Notes: a model not told the origin generated them from the sequence alone. Counted from the first letter of the whole stretch, positions 1-13,000 are shown. The stretch is 63,153 nt of DNA, filler included, from Folioceros fuciformis (GCA_049999805.1; 4 parts of 3 records of this genome joined end to end with filler, not necessarily neighbours in it); one strand, 5' to 3'. Made by a program: numbers and translations.

Positions 1-82
1 TCAACTACCTACAAACTTCCCCATAAAACATTAGTCAACTACCTACAAACTTCCCCATAAAACATTAATCAACTACCTACAA
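1..82. repeat. 34-bp tandem repeat, ~2.4 copies (truncated by window start)
   Basis: TCAACTACCTACAAACTTCCCCATAAAACATTAG-like unit starts at 1, 35 and 69. Confidence 0.9.
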
Positions 83-599
83 AAAAGGACCACAAACCAC
101 CTTCCTTTATTTTATATTTCTTATAAAGGACAAAGTGTGAACCACAAAATTAAAAGGGGAGTATATAATATGTTATACATGTCACTTTTGATGGACATAA
201 ATCAATTAAAAGTTGATAAAATAATACAACTTTGAGAACTTACCTTTTTATAAAATTTCATAGGCATGCTCTTATATTGACTTGCTTGCAAGATGCGCTC
301 ATGGCCGGCTAAATCACCATTCTTAACTTGAGCATAGTTCAAGAGATTTGACCTTAATAACCAAGACTTGAACATAAAACTCTATTTACACATACCCAAT
401 GGATATTTTCTATGATTGAAAAAGAGATGGAAAGTCCCATCTATTCCAAGGATTGGAGGAACAACCTCATTAGGGCCAAAGGCAAAAAGAGGTACTCTCC
501 CCTGCGAACATCATTTTCAAAAACTATCTATTGCTCCCAAAATGTCATGATGTGGAATAACAAAAGGCCTACCTACCACCAGTGCCGAAGAAGCCGCTT

Positions 600-2610
600 G
601 ACCTCCACTTGTTGCTGTTCTAAAAACTACATTGGTCATTGCTCGTTGCAAAGCAATGGATACACGTTGTAGAAAGAAGGCCACCACAGAGGAAAGAGGG
701 AGAACACCATTCCTATTGCTCTAATAAACTTTGGCGCACTCCATGATAAACCTTGAAAAGTCCTTGCCCATAGCTCCATGAGTCTCAAGAGCAAGGGGGA
801 TGAAAGTATGCCCGTCTTGCAAGAGAGAATACTTATGGACTTTGGCACTGGCACAACCCTTTATTGCCCAACCAGGGGGGTTGATGATTATGACGTGCTC
901 CCAAATCAAATCCTTAGTGGGATCTGTAACAACCACATCAGCAACACAAACCTATTCTCCCCTAGTGAAGAAAAGGTTGGCTCTAAGTGAAACCCCATTG
1001 CGCAAAGTATATAGACGCTCCCTATACAGAAAAAAACCCACAATCCCTAGCCATTTGAGAACATGACATCTCGAACTGCATCATGAGTGGCTATGCGGTC
1101 CCCCTCAACGGGACAACGTGCCAAATGGGACCGTGTATCGACAATGGCAACCTCACAACTGCATGTAGAGAGAGAAAAAGCCAAGGGGTGGGCTAAACCT
1201 AAGCAAAATCTCATCGCGGTGGCAAAAGTTGCTGGTGCGATTCGAAACGCTTGGATGCAAGGTCGAGCTAAAAACCAAGAGCCCGCTCCTTTACCTGAAC
1301 AAGATCAAATACAAGCTCGAGAAGGCCTAGGGATGGATGAGTCTGAAAGAAGGGTTCTTAGTGCTTGGCCATATTGCTTTTCTAGGAGGGATGCTTGGAG
1401 ACCCTTCAATGCTTCCCTAGAAAAGGAGGTGAAAGAAGGTAGAGCCTCACGAGACTCTAAAGGTAGAGAATCCCTTGCTAGCCTAAGAGATACCTGTAAA
1501 GGGAAAACACCCTCCTCAACACTTGAAATAAAACTTTCAAGAATAGGGGAATCTTGTAGCAAAAAAGGAGAGGCCAAAATTGGAGCTGGAGCTGAGAGGG
1601 CCTAGCTGTCAAGAAAGGTAGCTGGGGCAGAGGCCTCTATGGCCAAAAGACTAACCCCTCCAAAGGCGATTGGCAAAGAAGCCTGCTTTCGAGCCAAATC
1701 ACCGACAGCACACTCAAAGGTGCCCGGACCTATGATGTTCCCAAGAGCCTGCATGTAGGGTTATTAAAGCCCAATGTGCTTAGACTAATGTGATTAGTCT
1801 AATTACACCAATTACATTAGTCTAAGATTAGTGTCTAATTAAGTATAATTAGTTTAGATTAGCTTAAGTTAATCTTTAGGAAGCTTCCTGTGAGCTTCCT
1901 TGGGAGCTTTTCTAGAGGGTATAAATACCCTCTTGAGCTCCCTTTGCAATAGAGTTGTGAGAGACACTGTGAGACCTCTCTTTCTCCTCTCCTCCTCTCT
2001 TCCTCTCCTCTCCTCTTCTCCTTCACTGCATAACTTGATTGTCAAACTTCCTGAGACTTGATAAGAAAAATGGAGAAGGTGCAACAGTTTTAGTGAGGTA
2101 ACCTTGTCGCCGTGCAAAACAAGAAGAAAGAATATCAAAGGCAATCTGAGGATCATCGATTTGTAAGAGGTCCATGATATGAGCCAAATCTTCATCCACA
2201 AACCTATGAACAAAATCAGAAGGTCCCACAGGCACACCCAGGACTCGAAGTCCCTACGAGGGGGTGATATCCGCCCCCAAATATTGAAGGGGGGGGAGTG
2301 ATGCTTGAAGGGGACGAAACCCTGCATTTAGATAGCTTGACCCGCAACCCCACCTTGGAGAGCTCTAATGAGAAGAAATCAAATGCAGCTTTGACTATGA
2401 CTCCTTGCCCAAGAATATGAGTGTCATCAACCACGGAAAGGAAAAGGCATTCCAAAAATGCTAAGGCAGTAGAAGACAACGCACGAAAATGCACCATTAC
2501 AAAAAGAGCACCTCCCAGCAGATCCCCTTGCCTTGTGCCTGCTGTTGAATAAAAAATTGAGATCCCCTCAATAGTCGGGCCGCGTTGGTAATAGAGCTTT
2601 GATGGCAAGC
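600..2610 (-). mobile_element. Degenerate non-LTR retrotransposon (RT + Zn-knuckle region + restriction-like endonuclease; CRE-like)
   Basis: Minus-strand fragments: RT motifs GTRQGDLLG and LSVVDDTHILG (2216-2608), RKQASLPIAFGG (~1650-1700), THDAVRDV (~1065-1090), and endonuclease-like AKVHKY...FIPLALETHG (721-936). Frameshifts are present and the boundaries are approximate. Confidence 0.75.
1754..2025 (+). mobile_element. Solo LTR (272 bp) inserted in the non-LTR element
   Basis: TGTAGG...CCTTCA termini; 5-bp TSD CTGCA at 1749-1753 and 2026-2030; internal TATAAATA. Removing it rejoins the RT frame (FDNQVMQ|ALGNIIGPG). Confidence 0.85.
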
Positions 2611-3059
2611 CATAGAAGGAGCCCTATTTACACATACCAAATACCCATCTCATTTACACATACTAGATCCATTCATATAGCTCTGCTGCCATTTGTTTGG
2701 CTCTATAACTATGTGTGTTTAAGGATAAGATTTTTTTTACTTCTATATTATTTATTATTATAGTTTATAATTATTTTATGGTCACAACAACCTGAATCAA
2801 CCTTTTATGATTACGAGTGATGCTCATGGAGGTCACGCCTCATGAATTGAGGATGAGCTCTTCAAGAGTTCCGACCGTCAGGAATTTGTTTTTAATCGAA
2901 CTTGGCCCACTACTGGAAGAGTGTCGGATCTATCACGGTGCATGCTAGTCCTCGGGACTGGGATTGCAATGCCAAAACTACAGCAGAAGGGAATAGTAGG
3001 ATGGGGTTGAAAACCGTGATGCAGACCAGATTTCGTCCCCGCGGCCCGGTGACGGAAAT

Positions 3060-3324
3060 GCGTCAGGTGTATTTCGAGCCTGGCGAGCTTGCCAGTGCCA
3101 CACAAGTAATGCAGTGGAAAGCGTTCGCATCTGCCTGGCTTGAAGAATTGTCGCAGCCCTTGTGTTGCTTGTTCATGGTTTGATCTTTCTGCTTGCTTTC
3201 AGGTGGACCAAGGGCACGACATGCAATATGGGACAATTTCATTGCGGACAGCACCATTGGCCCTTGAAGGTATGGTGCTCTGGTGGATTAGCTGTTGAAT
3301 TCGAGAGCCCCCAGGCGCGGACTG
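3060..3324 (+). repeat. Dispersed direct repeat, copy 1 (copy 2 at 8223-8512)
   Basis: Shared blocks GCCAGTGCCACACAAGTAATGCAG, CATGGTTTGATCTTTC, GGGACAATTTCATTGCGGACAGCAC and GAATTCGAGAGC in the same order. Confidence 0.9.
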
Positions 3325-3703
3325 ACTCGTACTTGGTGTACTGCAAAACGAGGAGAGCTGCTTGGCTCGAATCCTGGTCGAATCAGGTGCAGTGCAGATC
3401 AGCTGCGCTCAATCGTTCCTTCAGCCAGGGGATCTACCCTCAATCGTTCATTGGCAGAAAGTAACCAAGCGGGCCGATCATTGTTTGTCATTAGGAAGAC
3501 TTGGGTCAGGCAAAGGCAGTTATTGCGGATAGCATGGGATCGGGAGTAAGAGAGGAGACAGGTGCACCTCGAGTTGATCTGGTTGGTCGGACGAGGATAC
3601 CATCACCTCAATTTCAGTGCTGCAGTCACTTGGGATCCATTCATTAGTCTCTCACCATGAAGGGCCATGAAGAGGACAAGCAGACTCATCAGTAGTACAA
3701 GAA

Positions 3704-5724
3704 TTATCGACTCAGGTCCGGTAGCTCGGCGAGCCACGAACAGCCAGGGAAGGAAAAGGCGCCATGGACAGACACGCATGCGATGGGGGAGAGGGGGGCC
3801 TTTGTCTTTCTGGAGATTGTGACTGCCACTTCATCTCTACTACTGCCTTCATCCGTTTTCGTACCAATCCCGACCTCCTGCCTCTCTGTCAACTTCATAG
3901 GGGTGGCGGCTGGATTTGGCAGACGATTCACCACCATGGAAGCCATGAAGAGAGGAAGATAAAGTAAGCTTGACAGGAATAGCTTGCGTACCGTTGCAGA
4001 CGACGGCTGGAGATAAAATTGAGATGCCATCAAAGCCATGCAAGTTGTCAGCATGCGTCTCCACCGTGAAGTACTTGGAAGTTGTACCCCCTGTTCAGGA
4101 ACGTGACAAGACAGATGAAATTGCATCCGAGAGACCACAACTCCCCAGGCAATACGGCACATGAAGCTTCGACCAGTCACTACTTACATTGGTAAGCTAA
4201 AAACTTGAGAGGAAAGAGATCAATGCAATTCCGAAGAGCTGCGGAAGCCGTTCTTCTACCAGAAACATCAAGAAGTGAGAGTATCTTGTACCTGAATCAC
4301 GACGTCTTGTCAAACATCATAAGTAATTTCACCGAAATCTCTGAAACAGGCTAGTCGTCTCGTCTTCTTAGCTTGAAGCCGTTAATGAAGCAAAATACCA
4401 GAAAATGAAAGAGCCTAAGCCATACCCTCCAGCTGCATAATCACTTCGGCAGAGAAATTCCAAAGCCATGAAATGCGGAATCTGCCAGAAGTACAAAGCA
4501 CCAGCAAGCACCCAGCTTGCCGGATCAAAGTGTCCAGAGGCAGCAGCCCATCTGCCATCAGCGAGTAAAACCATGAGTGGCAAAGACTCATCTTCCAATT
4601 AAGCTAACCCTGAAGGCACACAGCTAAAGCACAACAGGAAACGCAATAACACTGTTGTCTCTATAACACAACGGAACATGGACAACCACATCACGCAAGA
4701 GGTAGGCCCGCACATGACCAACTACAATTTCATTTGCAAGTGGTGCCACAAACTCAACCTACCCCATGAGCGGAGGAATGGCACCAACAACTGCCCCAAC
4801 CCAAGTATTAACAGGATGGATCTGCTTGAGAGGAGTGTATGCGACAGTGTACAACGCGATATTCACAGCTCCTAAGGTGGCTGTCAATGCGTTAGTCTGC
4901 AACACAGTTGAGAAAGAAATTTCCCATCAAAACCGAGAACGAGAGCTTTGACACAGCAAACAGGAAATATGTTTGTTAAGGCGGGCGACCTAACAAAAAG
5001 AAGAGTCACTCCACACCATCCCGTGCTCGGAAGAGTTCGAATGAAGAGAGAGCAACCTTCCAGGCTAGTACAGTAAAGCCAATAACGCCAAGACAGGCGG
5101 CCCACACCAAAGCATGAGACACAGTCAGGCGCCCTGACGGCAGCGGCCTTCGCATGGTCCGCTTCATAACAGCATCGTTGCCGACTTCCATCGCCTGGGG
5201 CCATCAATCCATGGCATCAGCCTGGAACCAAAGTTCACGGAATTCATGCATGGGCAGCATTCCCCGAGCTGCAACATCATCTGCAAACTGCAAAAACTAG
5301 CACCTGGTTGAATGCGTTGGCAGATGCAGCAGCCATCATGATCCCAGCTGATGTCCACAACCTCTCCGCTTCCCATTACAAGTCCTACTCCTGCAGTAGA
5401 CACGACCAGCATGCTGCAACCAACAGAGAGGGTGGATCCACATGTCAAAATCCTGCAATTGGCATCCAGGCGAGACGCAGTTCTATTGTTCGGCAGATGT
5501 CACCTGAGCCGTGCTTTGGATAGCTGCCAATAGCATTGCCCGTAGTGCCGGATGGCCTCCGCCAGCGGCCTGGACGTATGGGGCAAGACCTCGGTCGGTC
5601 CGGCAGCTGGTGCTGCTGCTGCCAGAGCTCCAGAAGCTGAAGATCGGCGCACACCGAGGACCAGGAGAGCGCCGCTTCTCCAGGCCCCCGCCGCTCTGAC
5701 TAGTGCTCCCAGCGTCATGGCCAT
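3704..5724 (-). pseudogene. COX10: Protoheme IX farnesyltransferase (COX10), intron-containing, frameshifted
   Basis: Exons encode [79 protein letters not shown] and RKLFLSSLLYLP. ATG at 5724. Frameshifts at ~5350, ~4055 and probably ~3768. Confidence 0.85.
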
Positions 5725-7079
5725 TTGTACCTGCCAGAGCGCGCGTCGACACCAGCAAGGAGCACCAGGAGCATTGAACAACTGGACGCCACGGGAAGCC
5801 GGGCGACCACACGGTGACCGGACGCGCCGGGGGGAGTGGGACCCCTTTGTGACCGGATGCACCGATCATCTCAATCCCTGCCTGTCCCCCACTCGCCGAG
5901 GCTTAGGAATGCTCAATTAGGGGTAGGCTCAGAGAGTGCCTATTATTTCCACCTGTTATTTACTTGTCCCAGGAGCAAAGTGTAGGCAAATGCTGGGATG
6001 AGTGGTGGTCGATTGTGTGCTGCTTCCTCGTACACTGTACAGCAGTTACTGTTCTTGTGGCAGGACGAGAGCGAAGAGATGCAGGGCACAAATCTTGAGG
6101 TCCGTGTGTGGGCGCGAGTGAGAGATTCTGATGGACTGGGTAATTTCCTACTCTCTAAACGCACAAGCGACAAATGCATTCTTGCTTTGAGTGACAGCAG
6201 CCTGTGGGGACTGCATTCCTGAGCGACGAACGCAGACACTGGTGAGGAGAGATTTGCTTGCAGGGCTAAAGCAATGCGAAACAAGGTGAGTGTGCACCTA
6301 TACTTTTCTTCCACAGCAGGATGCGACTGTTCCAAGACAACATGTCGGGCAAGCACAGCCTGTTGCAGGAGGCGAAACCTTCAGTCTCCGATGTGGCAAG
6401 GCGGTTCAGGTTCAAGTCGTAGGCAGAGGTTTTGTGGTTCCCGTTGGTTTGGAAAGAGTGTGGGACAGATTACACTGGAGGTGTGGGATGGATTCCGGAC
6501 ACGTGTAGAAGCACCTGATGTCCGTCTATGGCTCACCCTGATTTCCACAGCTGACCCAGAACTCCCTCTTCGTGTGTGTGCATTCGCATGCACACACACG
6601 AAGAGACACCATGCAGATGCAGACTGTGGTGCATGCTCGAGAATTCGAAGCTGCAGAGTTCCCTGTCTCTGTAACGATGCTTGCGGATGATGCTTGCAGA
6701 GTAGAATCCTTTACACATCCACATGAGTTCGTTGTTTCATTGAGTCGTGAATGAGAAACCCCCTTGGGCTTGCATACAGAAGGCTGTCTGATGAACCATG
6801 TTGCTTCTTCATGTTTCTGTCTGCACTGCGCTTTACGCAGGGCAGGAAGGTTGGCAAGGCTGCTGAGATGAGATGCATAGGTAGGCATTGACATAATTTG
6901 TCACGATGGTTCAGGCCACCATGTTGTCACGAGTTTCAAGGCGTGCTACCGGAGGTCCACGGCTCCTCCACGCTGTGGTCCTGTGTCTAGAGCTCTTGCA
7001 ATCAGTGCCAAACGTAGGGTGTCAGTCAGCTCGCTCCCACTCGTTGAATAGGATAAGAGGACGAGGAGGGTGGAAGATA

Positions 7080-7481
7080 TGGCATACCAAAAGGGGACAT
7101 GCCCCCTCTCTCTAGGTTTTTTAACAAACATACAGGTTATGCGTCCGCTTTGGCGCGTAATTGTAACCCTAAACCCAAAACCCGGACATGATTGCACTTT
7201 GCAAGCATGTCTTGCCCAAGCACGGGCGCGCCCCACCTATGCTTGAGGGGGAGTTTGGGCTTTCTGCCCTAAGGCCGCCCGGCATCCAGCCCAAAACGGG
7301 CTGTAACGGTTGAGCCATGTCCCCTTTCGTGCGGCGTCCCGGTTTGGTTGGTTTACCAAAAGCGTTGGTTTACCAAAAGCGACAGGAAAAATATAGGCAT
7401 CGAAAGGGAATATTCTGCTAGATAACCCATGAAAAACCATTAAAAATAATATAGTGAGAGAGTGTCCCCTTTGGTATGCCA
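7080..7481. mobile_element. MITE-like element (~400 bp) with ~20-bp TIRs and TA flanks
   Basis: TGGCATACCAAAAGGGGACA at 7080 and TGTCCCCTTTGGTATGCCA ending at 7481; TA at 7078-7079 and 7482-7483; no coding capacity. Confidence 0.7.
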
Positions 7482-8222
7482 TAGGCTTGGACGACACGCC
7501 CGTCCCGGGTTTGGTGCTTGACCATTAAATGTAGGCCTGCGCAGGTCAAACTGCGAGACACTGCGCCGTGAAAGCCTAACAGACAGCGATCCATCACCGC
7601 GCTATCGCAGTTTTCCTTTGTTTAGCCTTCGTACATTAGGTAACTGTAACCGCACTGTTCATTTTGTCGCCTACGTTGCGAAAGGCGTTTGGACTCTCAT
7701 GCGAGACCACGGTGATGCCATCCTCCAGGATTGGCGGACGGCTGACGGGATTGACGATGCCGATGGCGATGGCGATGCCCCCGGATTCCCGACAGATTCT
7801 CCCGTCCCTTCAACTCTAAGCGCCTCTGTGCCTATTGTGGTTTGTAACACGGGCGACGATCCGGTGGCTGGCCAGGCCGCAGCAGCCGATTGTGCAGGCT
7901 TCCAAGCATGGCCTTAGGTCGGCCCTCGGGTCCCCAGCACGGCTTTCATCCCTAGAGGCCCCGTCTTGCCTCTCCCTCAACAGAGGACAGTCCAGACCCC
8001 AGTGCGACAAGTGCCGCCAGAGCCCGACTCGGTGCGGGCAGCCGTTGGGAACATTCCCATCACGCTACTGCGCAAGGAAGATGAGGATGTCCGTTGTGGA
8101 ATTTTCGTTTGAACAACAATCTATTCATCTTACGCGCCACAGCGGCCATGAGTGGTGTCTTAAAAACGAATTCTGACACCTCCCCTCTGTCCTCTGTGGT
8201 ATGCCATACCGGTGACTGCAAC

Positions 8223-8512
8223 GCGTCAGGTGCATTTCGAGCCTGAAGAGATTGCCAGTTCCAGTGCCAGTGCCACACAAGTAATGCAGGGGAAAGCGTG
8301 CGCATCTGCCTAGTTTGAAGAACGGTCGCCTCTCAGCCCTTGTGTTGCTTCTTCATGGTTTGATCTTTCGGCTTGCTTTGAGGGGGATCAAGGGCACGTC
8401 AGGCAGTGTGGGACAATTTCATTGCGGACAGCACTCACTATTTGCAAGGTATGGTGCACTGGTGGTGGGTGACGATTAGCTGCTGAATTCGAGAGCACCC
8501 AGGCACGGACTG
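8223..8512 (+). repeat. Dispersed direct repeat, copy 2 (copy 1 at 3060-3324)
   Basis: Same sequence blocks as 3060-3324 with small indels. Confidence 0.9.
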
Positions 8513-9140
8513 CCACACAGCTAAACGCGAGACATGGTGACAACCCTATTTTACCACCCAGGTGCAATCCGAATGACTCGCTGATCGGACTTGACACGAG
8601 AACAAGACTTGGGCAACACTGCCGGCAGGGCACCAAGCAGGCGGGGCAAGACTTCGCGTCCAGCGGCAACAAAAGCAGACAAGACGCGAGCTCTCAGAGG
8701 AAGGGCTTCGTGAGATAGCCACTTCGCTTTGCTGACCTTTTCTTCTACCCTTCTCGGCTGTTTAGTCAAACCAGTCAACAACCGCAAGCTCGTAACGCAT
8801 TTACTGCATTTTGAACTTAGATAGATATTTTAAGACTACGAACTTTAAATACATATTTATTTTCTGTCATTCCTAATTTCAAATACCTACATTATATATA
8901 TATGTATATATNNNNNNNNNNNNNNNNNNNNNNNNNNNNNNNNNNNNNNNNNNNNNNNNNNNNNNNNNNNNNNNNNNNNNNNNNNNNNNNNNNNNNNNNN
9001 NNNNNNNNNNNATCATATACAATTATTCATTCAAAAATGAATTCACGAAATTTGGCCCTTGCGCGCTTGGTCCGGACAAACCGCGTTCCCCCTGATGAGT
9101 GCAAAGGAAGGGTCGTGACGATGACTGGGCTAGGAACCTT

Positions 9141-9180
9141 GCTGAGCTGAGCTGAGCTGAGCTGAGGTGAGGTGAGGTGG
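9141..9180. repeat. (GCTGA/GGTGA)n microsatellite
   Basis: GCTGAGCTGAGCTGAGCTGAGCTGAGGTGAGGTGAGGTG. Confidence 0.9.
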
Positions 9181-9639
9181 GTCCTAGCGCCCACAAAGCT
9201 GCTGTACTGTACCTGCCTTCCATGTAAAGCAAGGCATCTTTGGTGCATGTGGTGTTGTAACAAGTAGGGGGTAGGGGCGAGAGAACTGGAAGGATGGTCG
9301 GAAGCAGCAGCTGAGAAAAGTTTAGCCTTTGGTGTCCTGTCGTGTGGTGTCGTGTGGAGTCGTGTCTTGTCCATGATGCTGGGCGGCCCAGTGAGTCCAC
9401 AACACCTAGGTAGGTGTGCTTTGATAAAATAAGGAGCGCACCCAAGTATGTATGGAGGAGGAATATCCACTGGTCACAGACACACCACAGACACAGAGAG
9501 AAAGAAAGCGTGGGGAAGGGGAAAAGCCAAGCACGCGCACGCTCACGCGTCGATGAGTGGAGGGAGAGTGAGTGAGACCTGGCAGCTCTTTTGCCGGCTA
9601 TCACACAACCCTCTCGTCTCGGACATTTAAGAAACCTTG

Positions 9640-9950
9640 TGTGGTGGTGTCCCTATCCTTACCCAGTGTGTGTGCTGTGAGGTTGTCGTCCCCTAGCCCA
9701 TCAGTGTCTGGTGTTCCAATCGGAATCTTCCTCAAGTTTGTGTGTCTTGTGAGATTGATGTCACCGTCCCCTAGCCTATCCTTGTGTGGTCTGCCAATCC
9801 TCCTGGAGTGTGTTGTTGGGAGGTTGCTGGCTGCTGGCCTATCCTTGTCTGGTGTCCCAACCCTCCGCGCGTGTGTGCTTGTGAGTTGGCTGTCTCGTAG
9901 CCTGTACTTGTCTGGTGTCGCAATCCTCGAGTGTGTGCTGTGAGGTTGCT
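9640..9950 (+). repeat. Degenerate ~60-70-bp tandem repeat (~5 copies) upstream of the ROCO-caspase ATG
   Basis: Recurring GTGTGTGCTGTGAGGTTG...CCTATCCTTGTCTGGTGTCCCAA-like unit. Confidence 0.75.
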
Positions 9951-10028
9951 GCCCTTGCTACAATACGGATGATACGTACAATCTATTCATCATATTTGCT
10001 TGCATTGGTAAGCGCAGCTTAGCACAGC

Positions 10029-13000
10029 ATGGCGGAGCGGAAGAACTACCACTGGCGCAAGTTGCCGGATATGCTGCAAGTGCTACTGAAACTTCTGAAA
10101 GGGCAAGCCTTGACCCATCTCCCCGACTTGGGCCGAAAGGAGTACGGCGATTTCTTCATTGAGGGAGCTTCAACGAGCAGGGATGGGAGGCACTGGCGAG
10201 TGCGCAAGCGGGTATTGACAGCCATTGGCCAGTGCCACAGTCTCGTTAGCCCGTTCATCAGCCCCTGTTGGGAAATCGGCATCGTTCGGGAGGATGAATG
10301 CGCGGTTCTGTTGGAGGGCCTGGCATCCAACCCTTCCCTGGAAGCTCTTGATCTGGAAGGGTGCAGAGGTTTTGGAAGGCTGGTGGCTTGCAAGGCCCTG
10401 GGCCAGCTTATTGCTTCTAGTCGCAGCTTGCGACGGCTGGATATACCATTGATCGGGCTTGATGCCGCTGGACTTGGTGCCCTGGTCGATGGCTTCAACC
10501 AGGATTCTGTCCTGGAGTATTTGGACATAAGGCGGAACAGTGTGGGAGATGGTGAAGGGGCACAGCACCTGGCTCGCATGCTGGCCACCGCTTCCCGTCT
10601 CAATTACCTGGATCTGCGACACATTGGCATGGATGAGGCGGGAGCCCAGTGTATTGCAAACGCTCTTCCGCTCTGTGCCTCGCTCCGGGGGCTTTGCTTG
10701 GATGATGAATATCCGGATGAGCGTGATGTAGTTACGGGTTCCGTACAGGGCAGCCTGGGGCCCATGAGCACTGTGCTGAAACTGGCTTTCACCCGTGCTG
10801 AGGCTGATGCCCCCATATCTGGGGTCACCGAGCTGTGGTTGCCTATCAGCAACAGAGAGGAGCCAGGCCTGGCCGACGCGCTGGCCGGAATGTTGCGCAC
10901 CAACGATCGTATCACGCAGCTTAGCATCAGCGTTTTTGTTGTCAAGTTCGGCGTGGACGCCTGGCGCCACAACTCCACCCTCTCCAAACTTATGTTGTTG
11001 GACTATCAGGGTGACGAGTCGTTCAGTGAATTTTCGATGTCGTTTCTGGAATGCAAATCATTACGCATCCTGTGTTTTTTCCAGGTAAACTGTCCCTCTT
11101 TCATGAAAGCATTGGTGCAGACTTTGGAGAAAAATACATCTTTGAATGAGCTCTGCTTTGAGCGTGGCTGGGGACTGGACGATGAGCTGTTCAGAGAGTT
11201 GATGCAGTCCCTTCAAGTCAACACCACTTTACTGAAGATCGACATAACGGACTCAAACTGGGGGAGAGAGGGAAAGCAGGCCATCATCAACGCGACGTTG
11301 GCACGCAATGTTAGTCACAGGGCCTACTGGCCTTTGCTTTTGGAGGGGCAAGAAGTTGTGAAGCCCAGGGTCGGCCGCCTTTTCCTGTGCGGTGCACCTT
11401 ACGCAGGGAAGACCACTCTCCGAAACAGCATGATCACCGCATGGCGCGCATCGCAACCACACACATCACATTCTACAGGAGCCACATCAGCCAACCGAGT
11501 CCAATTGTGGGAACGACTGTTTCGAGCTTGGAATGGTTCTTGGTTCGGTAATGTTCCACTCACAGGAGCCGAATCATCCAACCAGGTGGGAATTGTCCCC
11601 AGAACGGAAGGCATAGAAATCGAGGTGCTGCGTAACGACGACGAGATGGAAATTACCATTTGGGATCTGGCTGGACAAGCTCACTACCGAGCACTGCAAG
11701 ACTACTTGTTCCCCAGCTTCAACCAGACATGTGTCTTCCTGTTCACATTCAACCCACTTGATGCCCACAAGCCTGGCGAACCCTTTCTGTCCGATGAAAT
11801 GCTGCTGGACAAGTTCAGAAAGGGCTTCAAGTTTTGGCTTAGATTCGTCCACTCCAATTCTCGCAACGTGGGTTCCTGTTTGCCTCGGGTATTTGTGGTT
11901 GTCACTCATAAGGATCGGATGGAGGATTTGGACGCTAAATATCTGGTTGGTCTGCTGCAACCAGTCGTGGAAGAGTTGGCCAAGACTTTCGGGGAGGTAC
12001 TTCTTATCAGGACAATGCCTTTCTTCATGGATGCTCGATCTAAACAGACTGTGCAGCCTTTGCTGGAGCAGCTATTCCAATCATTTCAAGAGCTATTTAC
12101 GCTTCCTCTGTTTTGGGTCCCGAAGGCGTGCAATAGATTGAGCGCTGCTTTGACTCACTGGGTGTCTCAAAATCCAGCTCGGCCTCTGGTGACCACGGAG
12201 AGATGCAAAAAGGTTTTTGAAGAAGATGATGAGCAACGCCTTCAAGCAATTCTTGCCTATCTGCACAATGCAGGCCGGGTCATCTGGTTCCGAGATGCAG
12301 ATGCAGATGCTGTAGTGGTAAATCCACACTGGATCAGTCATTCGTTCCTGGGCCATCTCATTGAGCGCCTAGCCGGACAGCGATCCTTGGGGAGATCGCG
12401 AGACCGTGGATTTGTTGCTGAAGACCTCCTCAACGACACCTTAGCCCGGATCCTGAAGGACACGCACGCGGCCGACAGGATTCGTGTTGAAGATTTGGTA
12501 TCATTGATGATGAGACTGAACTTGTGCTATCGAGATGATGCGCATCCAAGGCCTGGATTCTTCGTTCCCTTCACCTTGGATGACGCCGAAGGCAAAGCTT
12601 GTCGTGGGGAACGACAGCTGCACTGGGACGGGGTAACGGCAGGCCAGTACATTTACGTGGGGAGGCGGCTACAATGCCGAGATGAAACCAAGACGTTTCT
12701 CGGTCCAGGGTTCTTTCCAAGATTCCAAGTACGTTACGTTGTGAACTGTCTCTGTAGATCTGTCGCTAGTGTTTTATCCTCTCTTGGGTTTCCTGACAAA
12801 ATCGTCAACGGTTGTGCTTTGCAGGTCAAGTTACGACAGATCTTGTTCGATGGGGTTTCCGGTATGGAGTCTCATCAATATAGCATTGCCCGTAACTTGA
12901 TAACGTTTAAGTATGGTGGTATGGATGTATTCTTGGAGAGTAGCGGGGATATTGGGGAGGAGACCGGGGACATTGGCGATCGTGTCGACATTTTGATGAG

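Noticed and set aside
5943-6900. Short overlapping ORFs with possible splice sites upstream of COX10
   Set aside because: No recognisable motif or consistent exon chain.
7618-8176. Acidic 99-aa ORF and neighbouring ORFs
   Set aside because: No recognisable homology, non-ATG starts, and adjacent to a repeat.
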